NCBI GenBank assembly: GCA_963805855.1 | Contig: CAWDVW010000006.1 | Span: forward strand, 32,001-96,000 | Direction: 5' to 3' | Origin: Candidatus Dadabacteria bacterium | GTDB lineage: Bacteria; Desulfobacterota_D; UBA1144; Nemesobacterales; CSP1-2 | Length of the DNA stretch: 64,000 nt | In this document: positions 10,237-19,353 of the stretch, one piece after another | Position numbering within the stretch: position 1 is the stretch's first letter | Layout of the letters: every line of letters begins with the position of its first letter | Made by a program: the position numbers and the translations under genes | The notes under the pieces: generated by a model | What the model was told of the DNA's origin: nothing | The model's database searches: none | What the model saw: only the letters and a program-made list of their open reading frames with translations

Positions 10237-10311
10237 GCGGGGTTGGAAAGCCCCGCCTATCTACGGAGTATCCATTGACATATCTCGACAAGCGCGACTT
10301 TCCGGTCGCGC
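10237..10311. repeat. Pair of REP-like hairpins (GATAG/GACAAG tail, TTTCC loop)
   Basis: GCGGGGTTGGAAAGCCCCGCCTATC and GACAAGCGCGACTTTCCGGTCGCG; relatives at 16779, 62006 and 62235. Confidence 0.65.
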
Positions 10312-10343
10312 GTTTAAAAAAATTACATTACGTGAGTTACCTC

Positions 10344-11708
10344 CTAAAAGATTGCCTCAATCGCGTTTTCAATGGAGGTTACGCCCACGAGGGATAGGGA
10401 ATTGCCCCGAGATTTTATTCTTTCAACATTTATCCGTGGTAGAATACATTTCTTGAAACCTAGTTTCTCAGCCTCTTTTAATCTTTGTTCGACATGCGAG
10501 ACACCCCTTACTTCACCTGATAATCCGACTTCGCCAAAGACAACTAAAGCGTGCTGTATGGGCCGATTCAAGAAGCTTGAAACAAGTGCAACGCTCACCC
10601 CGAGGTCTATCGCAGGTTCCACGATTCTTATTCCCCCCGCGACATTCATGAAAATATCCTGTGCTAATATATTTAGACCCGCTCTCTTCTCAAGGACCGC
10701 CACTAGTAGAGATACACGGTTATAATCGATTCCTATGGTTGTTCTTCGCGGGACGCCGAAATTGCATGGTGATACCAGGGCCTGAATCTCAACCAGTATG
10801 GGCCGTGTTCCCTCAATGCTTGGGGTTACGACCGATCCAGAAGCCCCAGTGGGACGTTCTGACAAAAATATCTCAGACGGGTTGTTTACTTCTTTAAGTC
10901 CCGATTCCTGCATTTCAAATACACCAATCTCATTTGTAGAACCATATCTATTTTTTACAGCCCTTAATATCCTGTAGGGATGATCCCTCTCGCCTTCGAA
11001 GTAAAGTACTGTATCCACAAGGTGCTCTAGGACCCTTGGACCTGCAATGGTTCCCTCCTTAGTGACATGACCGACGAGAAAAATGGACGTGCCTTTCGAT
11101 TTAGCATAATGCATTAGTCTTGCCGCGCATTCTCGAATCTGACCTACGCTTCCAGGCGCAGAAGGGAAATCCTCGGTGTAAACAGTTTGGATTGAATCGA
11201 CAACGACGACATGCGGCGAAAGTTTTGTCAATTCTTCCATAATATGCTCGACCGAGTTTTCCGCAAGCACGAAGAGTGATTCAGACCCCGATCCGGTTCT
11301 TTTTGCCCTGAGTTTTACCTGTTCAGGAGATTCCTCGCCTGTCACATATAGAACCTTTAACTTTGACGTGGCTATGTTGGCAAGCATTTGGAGTGCAAGT
11401 GTTGATTTGCCGATTCCCGGATCGCCACCAACTAGTACAACCGAACCCGGGACAAACCCACCTCCGAGCACCCTGTCAAGCTCACCTATACGGGTTGGCA
11501 ACCTTTCCTCCTTCCCGCCTTCTATATCGGTGATAGGAATTGGTGTTGGTCTAAAGGCTTGCTTAATATTATTAGCTCGACTCTTCTCAATCCTTTCTTC
11601 GACGTAGGAGTTCCATTCGTCACATGAAGGACATCTGCCAATCCACCTTGGCGATGTGTTGCCACAATGCTGACATACGAATTGATATATAGCTTTTGAT
11701 TTTTTCAT
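10344..11708 (-). CDS. radA: DNA repair protein RadA/Sms
   Basis: C4 zinc finger, GGDPGIGKST, KNRYG motif, Lon-like C-terminus. Confidence 0.97.
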   Translation of the reverse strand: MKKSKAIYQFVCQHCGNTSPRWIGRCPSCDEWNSYVEERIEKSRANNIKQAFRPTPIPITDIEGGKEERLPTRIGELDRVLGGGFVPGSVVLVGGDPGIGKSTLALQMLANIATSKLKVLYVTGEESPEQVKLRAKRTGSGSESLFVLAENSVEHIMEELTKLSPHVVVVDSIQTVYTEDFPSAPGSVGQIRECAARLMHYAKSKGTSIFLVGHVTKEGTIAGPRVLEHLVDTVLYFEGERDHPYRILRAVKNRYGSTNEIGVFEMQESGLKEVNNPSEIFLSERPTGASGSVVTPSIEGTRPILVEIQALVSPCNFGVPRRTTIGIDYNRVSLLVAVLEKRAGLNILAQDIFMNVAGGIRIVEPAIDLGVSVALVSSFLNRPIQHALVVFGEVGLSGEVRGVSHVEQRLKEAEKLGFKKCILPRINVERIKSRGNSLSLVGVTSIENAIEAIF

Positions 11709-11739
11709 CCGCTGATAAATTAGAAGTTAACGAACTGTA

Positions 11740-14166
11740 TCAGGTTTTATTGCGGGGTTTTCTCTGGTTTCGCCTTGCAAATTTTCTGTATTCCTCGGCA
11801 AGTTCCATCAGACGTTTGTCGACAAGGTAATTAACCGTTCCTTTTTTGAACTTCCCATCGGGCCTCCTTTTGCCCGCCTCAACACCGGTAAGAACCTCTA
11901 TAGCGTCATCAACCGTCTTTACGGGATATATGTGAAATTTCCGAGCTTCTATTGCTTCCACGACCTCCTTTTTTAGCATGAGATTTCTTACATTTTGCTG
12001 GGGAATTATGACACCATGCTGACCTGATAAGCCATTTGCCTTGCATACATGAAAGAAACCCTCCACTTTTTCATTGACGCCCCCGATTGGTTGAATCTGC
12101 CCTTTCTGATTTACTGATCCCGTAATGGCAAAGCACTGTTTTATTGGGATGTCTGACAAGCTTGAGATGAGGGCTACGAGTTCTGCTGCGGAGGCGCTAT
12201 CCCCGTCGATCATTTCGTAGCTCTGCTCAAACGCCAGGGTTGCTGACAGACTTAGCGGTTTTTTCTGAGCGTATTTCGTTCCTAAATAGCCACTTAGTAT
12301 AAGGACACCCTTATCGTGTATACTCCCACTTAGCTTAGCCTGTCTTTCTATGTTCACAACACCTTCCATCCCCATGTATGTCTCACAGGTTATTCTAGAG
12401 GGTTTTCCGAAGGAGTAATCACCCAAATTGTATACGGAAAGACCATTAATCTGTCCTATAACGTCTCCCTTGGTATCTACGAGAATTATTCCCTTGTTTA
12501 TCAGATCTTGAATCTTTTCTTCAATCATATTCGATCTATGTACCTTTTCTTCTATCGCTTTTTCCACATGCCTTCTAGAAACATATTTATTTTTGTTATC
12601 TAAGCTCGACCAGTAACTCGCCTCCTTAACGATCTTAGAGATTGAACCGAAGTCTACCGATAATTTATTTTGATCACCGGCGAGCCTGGACGAATATTCG
12701 ATTACGGCTTCTACCCCGCTTCTGTCAAACTGCTTTAGGCTATCGCTGTCACAAATTGTCTTGATACTGCGTGCGTATTGTGATAGCGTGGTATTCTCAA
12801 TATCAACAACAGAGTCGAAATCGGCTTTGACCTTAAATAATTTTTTGAAGTCTTCATCATATGCATATAAGAGGTGATAAAGATATGGACTTCCTAACAT
12901 TATGACTTTCAAATTTAGCTTTATCGGTTCTGGCCTTATACCTACTGTGGTAATCAATCCATACTGCTGATAGACATCTTCTATGCGTAATTCTTGATTT
13001 TCTAAGACCTTTTTCAGAGTGTCCCACACAAAAGGATACTTCAGGATATCCATCGCGTCTGTGACGAGATATCCTCCATTCGCCTTTGCAATAGAGCCCG
13101 GATGGATCATCGTAAAATCAGTCAGTAGTACACCAAACCTCGACTCTCTTTCGATTATCCCGAATAGGTTTGTATAAGTTGGATTTGACTCAAAAATCAA
13201 TGGCGCACCTTCTGTTTTTGAGTTATCAATAAATACATTGACCTTATACTCCGTAAAGGTAGGTTGTTGCTGGGGAATCCTGAAGGGTAGTGCCCCGCCG
13301 GCGTCCCGACCGCTATCAGGGAGGAAATTGTCTATGTTTTCAAGCATATGCTTTTGAACCATATCCAGATAGTCAATCACATCTGGATGTGAACTGTATT
13401 TCTCCCTGATGTTATCGAGGATATCTCTAACAGAGAAGAGTGCGACTTTATTCTCGAGTTCCTTAACCTTATCCATGGCCTCTTTTTCAAGTTTCCTAGC
13501 CTGTTTTATCGATTTACCAATTTCTTCTTCGACTCTTTCTTTTCTTCGTCTGATATCCTCTTTTTGATTGTCATTCAGCTTATTATACTCTTCCTGTGAT
13601 AATGGCTTTTCTCTAAATAGGGGTATTGTTAAAATGCCTGTCGGGGTAAACTGTAACTGCATGTCTTCTTTCAAGGCCTTCTTATGAAGCTCATCAAAAA
13701 TGATGTTCTTATTTCTCTGGAACTCGCTCGTGATATTCATTTTCTGCTCTTCAAATTCCTTTTTCTCAAAAGCCTTGGGTATTTCCGACTTCATTAACTC
13801 CAGGAGTTCTTCCATGTCCTTTCTGAAGACCTTTCCCATGCCGGTTGGGAAGCGAATTGCCTTTGGTTCATTCGGCTCGTGCATGTTAAAGACATAGCAC
13901 CAATCGGGGGGGGTTGGCTTTTCTTTAGCCAGCTTTGTCAGTATTTCATTTATGACGCTCTTTTTTCCCACTCCGGGCGGGCCTGCCAGGTAGAGATTGT
14001 AGCCCCCGTGTTCCATACCTAGTCCAAATTGTATTGCCTTATAAGATCTCTCCTGTCCGATAAACTCTTTACAGGGCAAGAGCTCGTCTGTCGTTTTAAA
14101 TCCGAGTTTTTTTAATTCGAACCTCCGGTAGACTTCATGTCCCGATAGTCCTTTGATTTTTTTCAT
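11740..14166 (-). CDS. Lon-family protease, LonC/AAA_32 type
   Basis: GPPGVGK, coiled-coil insertion, ANGGYL, catalytic DGDSAS ... GGVNEK (Ser-Lys dyad). Confidence 0.88.
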   Translation of the reverse strand: MKKIKGLSGHEVYRRFELKKLGFKTTDELLPCKEFIGQERSYKAIQFGLGMEHGGYNLYLAGPPGVGKKSVINEILTKLAKEKPTPPDWCYVFNMHEPNEPKAIRFPTGMGKVFRKDMEELLELMKSEIPKAFEKKEFEEQKMNITSEFQRNKNIIFDELHKKALKEDMQLQFTPTGILTIPLFREKPLSQEEYNKLNDNQKEDIRRRKERVEEEIGKSIKQARKLEKEAMDKVKELENKVALFSVRDILDNIREKYSSHPDVIDYLDMVQKHMLENIDNFLPDSGRDAGGALPFRIPQQQPTFTEYKVNVFIDNSKTEGAPLIFESNPTYTNLFGIIERESRFGVLLTDFTMIHPGSIAKANGGYLVTDAMDILKYPFVWDTLKKVLENQELRIEDVYQQYGLITTVGIRPEPIKLNLKVIMLGSPYLYHLLYAYDEDFKKLFKVKADFDSVVDIENTTLSQYARSIKTICDSDSLKQFDRSGVEAVIEYSSRLAGDQNKLSVDFGSISKIVKEASYWSSLDNKNKYVSRRHVEKAIEEKVHRSNMIEEKIQDLINKGIILVDTKGDVIGQINGLSVYNLGDYSFGKPSRITCETYMGMEGVVNIERQAKLSGSIHDKGVLILSGYLGTKYAQKKPLSLSATLAFEQSYEMIDGDSASAAELVALISSLSDIPIKQCFAITGSVNQKGQIQPIGGVNEKVEGFFHVCKANGLSGQHGVIIPQQNVRNLMLKKEVVEAIEARKFHIYPVKTVDDAIEVLTGVEAGKRRPDGKFKKGTVNYLVDKRLMELAEEYRKFARRNQRKPRNKT

Positions 14167-14372
14167 CTGTCAGGTCCTATGATCATGATTTGTTTATCTT
14201 TTATCACGATACGTTGGTTTTGAATTGATTGAATATAATATGAGAAATAGACTAAAGTTACAAATTATAAGAGATACGCAACAGATATAAAAATATATAA
14301 TTATTATGTTGACAACAGACGTATACTATTCAATATTATAAATATTAAATTCAAATCGGAGGTGAAGTATAA

Positions 14373-15176
14373 ATGAAATCGAAAGAAACCTTAAGGACCG
14401 CTGGATGTCTAGCGATTGTTGTATTGATCGCTACCGTAACATGTCTCCTGGGGAACCTTAGAAATGCGGCAGCGGAAGAGAAACCATTACCAGCCCCTCA
14501 GCTTGTCACAGATGCGTGGATGTTTATAGCGGCTTTTAAAGCCGATCCTCTGGTTCTAAAATCACTTCTTCCCAAGGGATTAGAGCCAAACCCTGAAAAT
14601 CAGGTAGTTATAAATATGTACAACATTCCTGATCCGAATCAAACCTCTGGCTTCGGCGCATATAGTCTTACCTATCTTGCTGTGGAGCTTAAGGGTCAGG
14701 ATGGTTATAACATGGGTCAACCTACGGGTTATCCCGGAAGATATTTTGTGTATTACTTTAATAGCTCGCCCTCGATGCGAGAATTCGCTAGAAAGGCGGG
14801 AATACCAGCCCAGGCTGGAAATACAACGACAACTGTCGAGAATGGGAAGCTGAAGGCGGTATTAACGGTTGATGGAAAACCGTTTATTGAATCAACAGCG
14901 GACGTAGGAGACACCCTTGGTGGTTTCGGGGGCGGGCATCTCAATTATTTTGGCCAGATTCACACTGAAAAGGATGGTAAGAAGATAAACCAGGTTGTTA
15001 AATATCCGATTGCCTATAACGGCGGTGTAGTAAAAACGGAAAATGCAAAGATTACCTTCAAGGTTCCAGAAAATCATCCTTTGTATAAGCTTAAGCCGCT
15101 TGCAGATCCTACATGGGCAGTGTGGACGAAGGGCGCATTCGTATATCCTCAGTATCAAGTGATCAATGAGTATTGA
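14373..15176 (+). CDS. Secreted acetoacetate-decarboxylase-fold protein
   Basis: Signal peptide ending AAA-EE; FKADPLVLKSLLPKGLEP and FGAY resemble the ADC fold; RBS GGAGGTG. Confidence 0.6.
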   Translation: MKSKETLRTAGCLAIVVLIATVTCLLGNLRNAAAEEKPLPAPQLVTDAWMFIAAFKADPLVLKSLLPKGLEPNPENQVVINMYNIPDPNQTSGFGAYSLTYLAVELKGQDGYNMGQPTGYPGRYFVYYFNSSPSMREFARKAGIPAQAGNTTTTVENGKLKAVLTVDGKPFIESTADVGDTLGGFGGGHLNYFGQIHTEKDGKKINQVVKYPIAYNGGVVKTENAKITFKVPENHPLYKLKPLADPTWAVWTKGAFVYPQYQVINEY

Positions 15177-15218
15177 ACTGAATCGAACAAGATTCTAAAT
15201 TTCTATTGAAAATAAATG

Positions 15219-15258
15219 AAAGGTGCTTTACCAAATTTCTGGTTTAGCACCTTTTTTT
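15219..15258 (+). terminator. Rho-independent terminator
   Basis: AAAGGTGCT...AGCACCTTT followed by a T run. Confidence 0.7.
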
Positions 15259-15280
15259 AATCGGATAAAACTATTGATTC

Positions 15281-15907
15281 ATGTTTGAAGTTACCCCAAG
15301 AATCAAACTCTACTGGCTTGGACATGCGAGTTTCAAACTCGATGCCGATGGAAAGTTAATTTATTTTGATCCCTGGAAGGTTGAAAAAGACAAAGCGAAT
15401 TTGATCCTTATTACACATTCACACTTCGATCATCTTTCACTCGACGATGTGAGGAAGATTCAAACCAAAGAAACTACGATTGTCGCAACTAAGGATTCCG
15501 CCTCAAAACTGAGCGGTGATGTGAGGATCGTTAGTGCGGGTGATAAAATTGAAATTGAAGGAGTCGGAATAGAGGTAGTCCCGTCTTATAATATAGGCAA
15601 AAACTATCATCCCAAGACAAGTGGCTGGGTTGGTTATGTCGTTACTGTCGACGGTATGCGTATCTATCATGCCGGTGATACCGATGCCATAGGGGAGATG
15701 ACTAAGCTTAAGGTCGATATTGCTTTGATTCCTGTGGGGGGAACATATACCATGACTGCGGATGAGGCTGCCGGCATCGCAAATAAGTTCAAGCCCAAGA
15801 TTTCGATTCCGATGCATTGGGGTTCTATCGTTGGTTCCGAGGAAGACGCACATAGGTTTCGGGACCTGTTTGAAGGGGAGACAGTTATTTTGAAACCTGA
15901 GGGTTAA
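15281..15907 (+). CDS. MBL-fold metallo-hydrolase (UPF0173-like)
   Basis: LGHAS, THSHFDH, YHAGDT, PMHWG. Confidence 0.92.
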   Translation: MFEVTPRIKLYWLGHASFKLDADGKLIYFDPWKVEKDKANLILITHSHFDHLSLDDVRKIQTKETTIVATKDSASKLSGDVRIVSAGDKIEIEGVGIEVVPSYNIGKNYHPKTSGWVGYVVTVDGMRIYHAGDTDAIGEMTKLKVDIALIPVGGTYTMTADEAAGIANKFKPKISIPMHWGSIVGSEEDAHRFRDLFEGETVILKPEG

Positions 15908-15979
15908 TTAATCAGAATATTTATTGTGCCAGAGTATATATAATTAAAGCATGAAAAATTCATCGCTTCCTTTAAAATC

Positions 15980-16510
15980 ATGGCGAACAGTGCGCATCTA
16001 AAGTTAATAAAGCAGGGTGCCGATGTATGGAACCGGGAAAGGAATACGGATCCCAATCTAACCCCTGATCTTACCTGGGCGTCGTTAAGTAAAGCTGATC
16101 TAAATGGGGCAATCTTAAGTAAGGCCAATTTAAGAGGGGCTTTTCTGAGGGGAGCAGTTCTGAGCGAGGCTGACCTGACAGAAGCTAATCTCATGGGTAC
16201 CAATCTCAACGAGGCTGATCTTAGCGGTGCTATTCTTGCTGGTGCAAACCTTACCAGGGCCAACCTAATTGGCACTAAGCTTGAGTCTGCCAATCTTGAT
16301 AATGCGATACTTACTGAAGCGGACCTGAGCAATGCTAATTTAAAAGGGGCTGATTTAAGAAGCACCAAGAATCTTACTCTAAAACAGCTTTCCAGCGTGG
16401 AGACTTTAGTCGGGGCTAAAATCGATTCAGATCTTTTACCGCAAATTAAGGAAGGTTACCCACATCTTTTAGAGGAATCGAAGTTCGGAAAAGAAGAGAT
16501 TAGTCCATGA
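15980..16510 (+). CDS. Pentapeptide repeat protein
   Basis: Tandem A(D/N)Lxx repeats. Confidence 0.92.
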   Translation: MANSAHLKLIKQGADVWNRERNTDPNLTPDLTWASLSKADLNGAILSKANLRGAFLRGAVLSEADLTEANLMGTNLNEADLSGAILAGANLTRANLIGTKLESANLDNAILTEADLSNANLKGADLRSTKNLTLKQLSSVETLVGAKIDSDLLPQIKEGYPHLLEESKFGKEEISP

Positions 16511-16580
16511 CTTTCGAGTATAAAAAAATTTCTCCAAAATACCTCATGCACTATTGAACTCTCTTTAGATGAGGATGAAT

Positions 16581-16625
16581 TTATCCCTTCCCCTTTGTTA
16601 AAGGGGGAAGGCTAGGATGGGGGTA
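16581..16625. repeat. Palindromic intergenic element (CCCTTCCCC...GGGGGAAGG type)
   Basis: TCCCTTCCCCTTTGTTAAAGGGGGAAGGCTAGGATGGGGGT hairpin. Confidence 0.45.
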
Positions 16626-16778
16626 TGTCTTTTAAAACAATCGGTAACCGCATGCTGATACCTCGAAACCTAGATAATCCTCATGACTAAGGAATCTTCG
16701 CTCATAACAGCTCGGGTCGCCAATTGAAAAGGGAAAGACCTTCTGTCCTTACTGAATATTTCATTACATAACATAATT

Positions 16779-16804
16779 GATAGTCGGGACTTTCCAGTCC
16801 CGAC
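16779..16804 (+). repeat. REP-like hairpin, GATAG family
   Basis: GATAGTCGGGACTTTCCAGTCCCGAC. Confidence 0.6.
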
Positions 16805-17058
16805 TAAGTCCCGCAGAAGGAACAACTGTTATTTGGTGGACTCGTTTCCTCTGTTATGGCTGATTTTGAAGGTATAAGGCTTTAAAATACTTTTCGACGC
16901 CCGCGGTCTGAGGATTGGTTGTTTTAGTTGAGTATCCCTTGTAATAGAAAAGAAACTAATATAGGTCTACAAAATTTTGAGTGCCAGAATTATTAGTTGA
17001 AAATTCGTGGGGCTAGTGTTAAATATTAAGTCTATTCCTTGTTGTCGTTTTAGGTTTT

Positions 17059-17141
17059 TTGGAATTTGATATTTGTAATTTTAGAACCGTACTACTCAGA
17101 GCAGTTAGGTTTTGGTTATTGTAATTTGAGATTTGTGATTT
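17059..17141 (+). repeat. Two short arrays of TTGNNAT heptamers
   Basis: TTGGAAT TTGATAT TTGTAAT and TTGGTTA TTGTAAT TTGAGAT TTGTGAT. Confidence 0.55.
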
Positions 17142-17151
17142 TCTAATGATG

Positions 17152-17227
17152 CGGGGTGTGGCTCAGTTGGTAGAGCGCTGCGTTCGGGACGCAGAGGTCG
17201 GCGGTTCAAGTCCGCCCACCCCGACCA
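17152..17227 (+). tRNA. tRNA-Pro(CGG)
   Basis: Cloverleaf; anticodon arm CTGCG-TTCGGGA-CGCAG; GGTTCAAGTCC T-arm; encoded CCA. Confidence 0.97.
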
Positions 17228-17233
17228 GATGTA

Positions 17234-17335
17234 TTAAGAGCAAATTGTTATCTCATCGTCGATGAAGAAGAACCGCGCTCCCGCCATTACGTTCCCGTTA
17301 GATTCGACCTGGCCATATATTGTCCTTGTTGCCAT
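17234..17335 (-). other. 33-aa small ORF or truncated gene remnant (MATRTIYGQVESNGNVMAGARFFFIDDEITICS)
   Basis: Strong RBS AGGAGGAG just upstream of ATG; not in the ORF track. Confidence 0.35.
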
Positions 17336-18247
17336 AAAATACTCCTCCTTTTTTTATCTACACCATCAATTTATTCCCGTTACATTCTGGGAAGGCTGCC
17401 TGATTAGCAGTTCCTCGAACATATACAATAACATACAGCTATTGGTAGATTAAAGAGATTAACATAATTAGGACTAGAAAAGAAAAAAGCACGAAAAGGT
17501 AAGAATAGTGGGAGGTGCAACGCTTTTGTGATGCCTGTGATCCCTGCCTCAGGCGAAAGGTTCTGAAATCAGTTCTGGAGGATTTAGGTTAGCAATCACA
17601 GATAAGAGAACCCAGAGACTCCCCTAAGAAGCCTCTGAATAACGCGGTGAGGAGAATGTGGCAACAACCAACAATGAATATAGAAAAGCATTGTTGAACA
17701 AGAAAAAAGGACAAGTTAATTTATTTTTAATTCCGCCCTCGCAATTTATTAATGGCTTTCGTTTTCCCGATTGACTGACTTCGGCCCTAATAACGAGATT
17801 TCACCAAATATAAGGGATGCACTCCGCGATTCTATATTATTCTAATTATTCTAATTTTTGCGGCACCTAATTCATCTGAGATCCGAAACAAAAACATTAA
17901 ATCCTGGTTAAATATTATTGAATGATACCCCATCATAAGTTAGGGCCCTAGGTATCTCTCCATACCTCAAATGCTGCCACCTCCATGAGGGATAAGAGCC
18001 TAGGGCTCTAATTATTTCAGCATAATTCAAGTAACTTAAGGCCTTGAATTCCGGCAGCTTTTTTAAAGGCTCTTAAATTCCCCGGTGCAACCCGCCTGTA
18101 ATACCATTCATGAGGATTATACGTGAAAGGACAAGATCGGTAGTGCTGGCGGCATAGTGGTTAGGTCGTCACTAAGAATGAAATTTAGTTAACAAAAACC
18201 ACAGCCTAAGATTGCGGTAATTGAATTAAAAGGGTTGGAAATCTTGA

Positions 18248-18685
18248 ATGAATTCGTTATGTTATTGTGTAGTCTTCACATTTTCTGTTAAAATTTGTTC
18301 TGGATTCTTTCACAAGTCGATGAGGAACCTTTTATTTTTTGCGATAGTTTTTATTTTGCCAACCATCGCTCCGGCAGGGATGAGTGAAATTGTTACCAAT
18401 GATGGGTTTTATGCTTGTAAGAATGACCGCCTTCTAATCGAAGCTGAGAGATATTTCGATGACGGTGACGAGGAAGCATTGAATAAGATGTACTCAAGTG
18501 GGGATTGTTTTACGACCGACCCGGGCACCGAAATATATATAGTTCAGGGTTCTTTCCTGGATTGCACACAGGGCGACAGGTCCGATTGCGCTTACCTTGT
18601 TTTTCATCCGATAGAGGTTAGGGTGAAGGGTTCAAGGATGGCCTGGTGGACTTACCGGTCCTTTTTAAAGAGATTGAACAAGTAG
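18248..18685 (+). CDS. Hypothetical secreted Cys-containing protein; likely start ATG 18320
   Basis: MRNLLFFAIVFILPTIAPA signal-like segment; four Cys in mature part. Confidence 0.6.
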   Translation: MNSLCYCVVFTFSVKICSGFFHKSMRNLLFFAIVFILPTIAPAGMSEIVTNDGFYACKNDRLLIEAERYFDDGDEEALNKMYSSGDCFTTDPGTEIYIVQGSFLDCTQGDRSDCAYLVFHPIEVRVKGSRMAWWTYRSFLKRLNK

Positions 18686-18805
18686 CAAGTCTTAAAGTGT
18701 TGTTCGTTTCCTGTTTGCGAAAATAAAATTTAATTGAATTACGATAGTTCTCTATTTGCGAGGGTTGCAGAAAATCATATTTAGGGGAAGTGATAAAATT
18801 GGTTG

Positions 18806-18840
18806 AAATAAGAGGGAGTTTGTTTTACTCCCTCTTATTT
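18806..18840. terminator. Probable bidirectional terminator
   Basis: 14-bp perfect inverted repeat AAATAAGAGGGAGT...ACTCCCTCTTATTT between convergent genes. Confidence 0.75.
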
Positions 18841-18907
18841 TCTAAATGTTGCCTTAGCCTTCTTTTTTCCTGTCTCTGTGAATTCGTCTGCGGCTTTTTT
18901 ACTCCAT

Positions 18908-19069
18908 TTATCTGAAATTGCTTTCCATTTCAGGAGATGGTGTTGGAGTAGGAGCAGGTTCAGTCTCTTGAGCTGTAGCAATTGTGCTCCCATATCGTGC
19001 AACGGCGCTACTTAGGTCGCTAAAGACGGAAACCAGCGAAATGCCAAGTATCAGCATCCAAATTCTCAT
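18908..19069 (-). CDS. 53-aa secreted Pro/Thr-rich microprotein
   Basis: RBS AGGAGGTG before ATG 19069; hydrophobic N-terminus; EPAPTPTPSP tail; sigma54 promoter upstream and terminator downstream. Confidence 0.65.
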   Translation of the reverse strand: MRIWMLILGISLVSVFSDLSSAVARYGSTIATAQETEPAPTPTPSPEMESNFR

Positions 19070-19140
19070 ATACTTTTCACCTCCTAGGTCCCAAGTTGAA
19101 ACCCGACGAGAGCCTGTTAGGGATCTTGAAAGTGATGGTA

Positions 19141-19155
19141 GCAAACATTATGCCA
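19141..19155 (-). promoter_or_regulatory. Sigma54 (-24/-12) promoter for the microprotein
   Basis: Minus strand TGGCATAATGTTTGC = GG-N10-GC. Confidence 0.7.
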
Positions 19156-19226
19156 AATCCACTTTATCAAAAATTGTTACTGGTTTCTGATGGATATGGA
19201 TTAGAATATAATTTTATCTCAATAAT

Positions 19227-19266
19227 TGCGCAAGGTTACACAGTTTTCACTGTGCAGATTTACACA
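19227..19266. promoter_or_regulatory. Tandem enhancer-like (UAS) sites
   Basis: TGCGCAAGGTTACACA (19227-19242) and TGTGCAGATTTACACA (19251-19266, TGT-N10-ACA), 24 bp apart, between two sigma54 promoters. Confidence 0.5.
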
Positions 19267-19335
19267 GTTGCCTGTAAGCGTTTATAATTGATCAGATATA
19301 TAGGATATATTATTTGATATATTCATTATTAATAA

Positions 19336-19350
19336 TGGCACAGGAATTGC
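19336..19350 (+). promoter_or_regulatory. Sigma54 (-24/-12) promoter for the two-component operon
   Basis: TGGCACAGGAATTGC, close to consensus TGGCAC-N5-TTGC. Confidence 0.7.
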
Positions 19351-19353
19351 GAG

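Noticed and set aside
9327-14166. LonC-radA-murI cluster as a novel system
   Set aside because: Ordinary housekeeping genes with intact canonical motifs
15904-16368. 154-aa repetitive minus-strand ORF
   Set aside because: Antisense shadow of the pentapeptide repeat gene
17152-18250. Intact prophage or integrative element at tRNA-Pro
   Set aside because: No integrase, phage genes or tRNA 3'-end duplicate found
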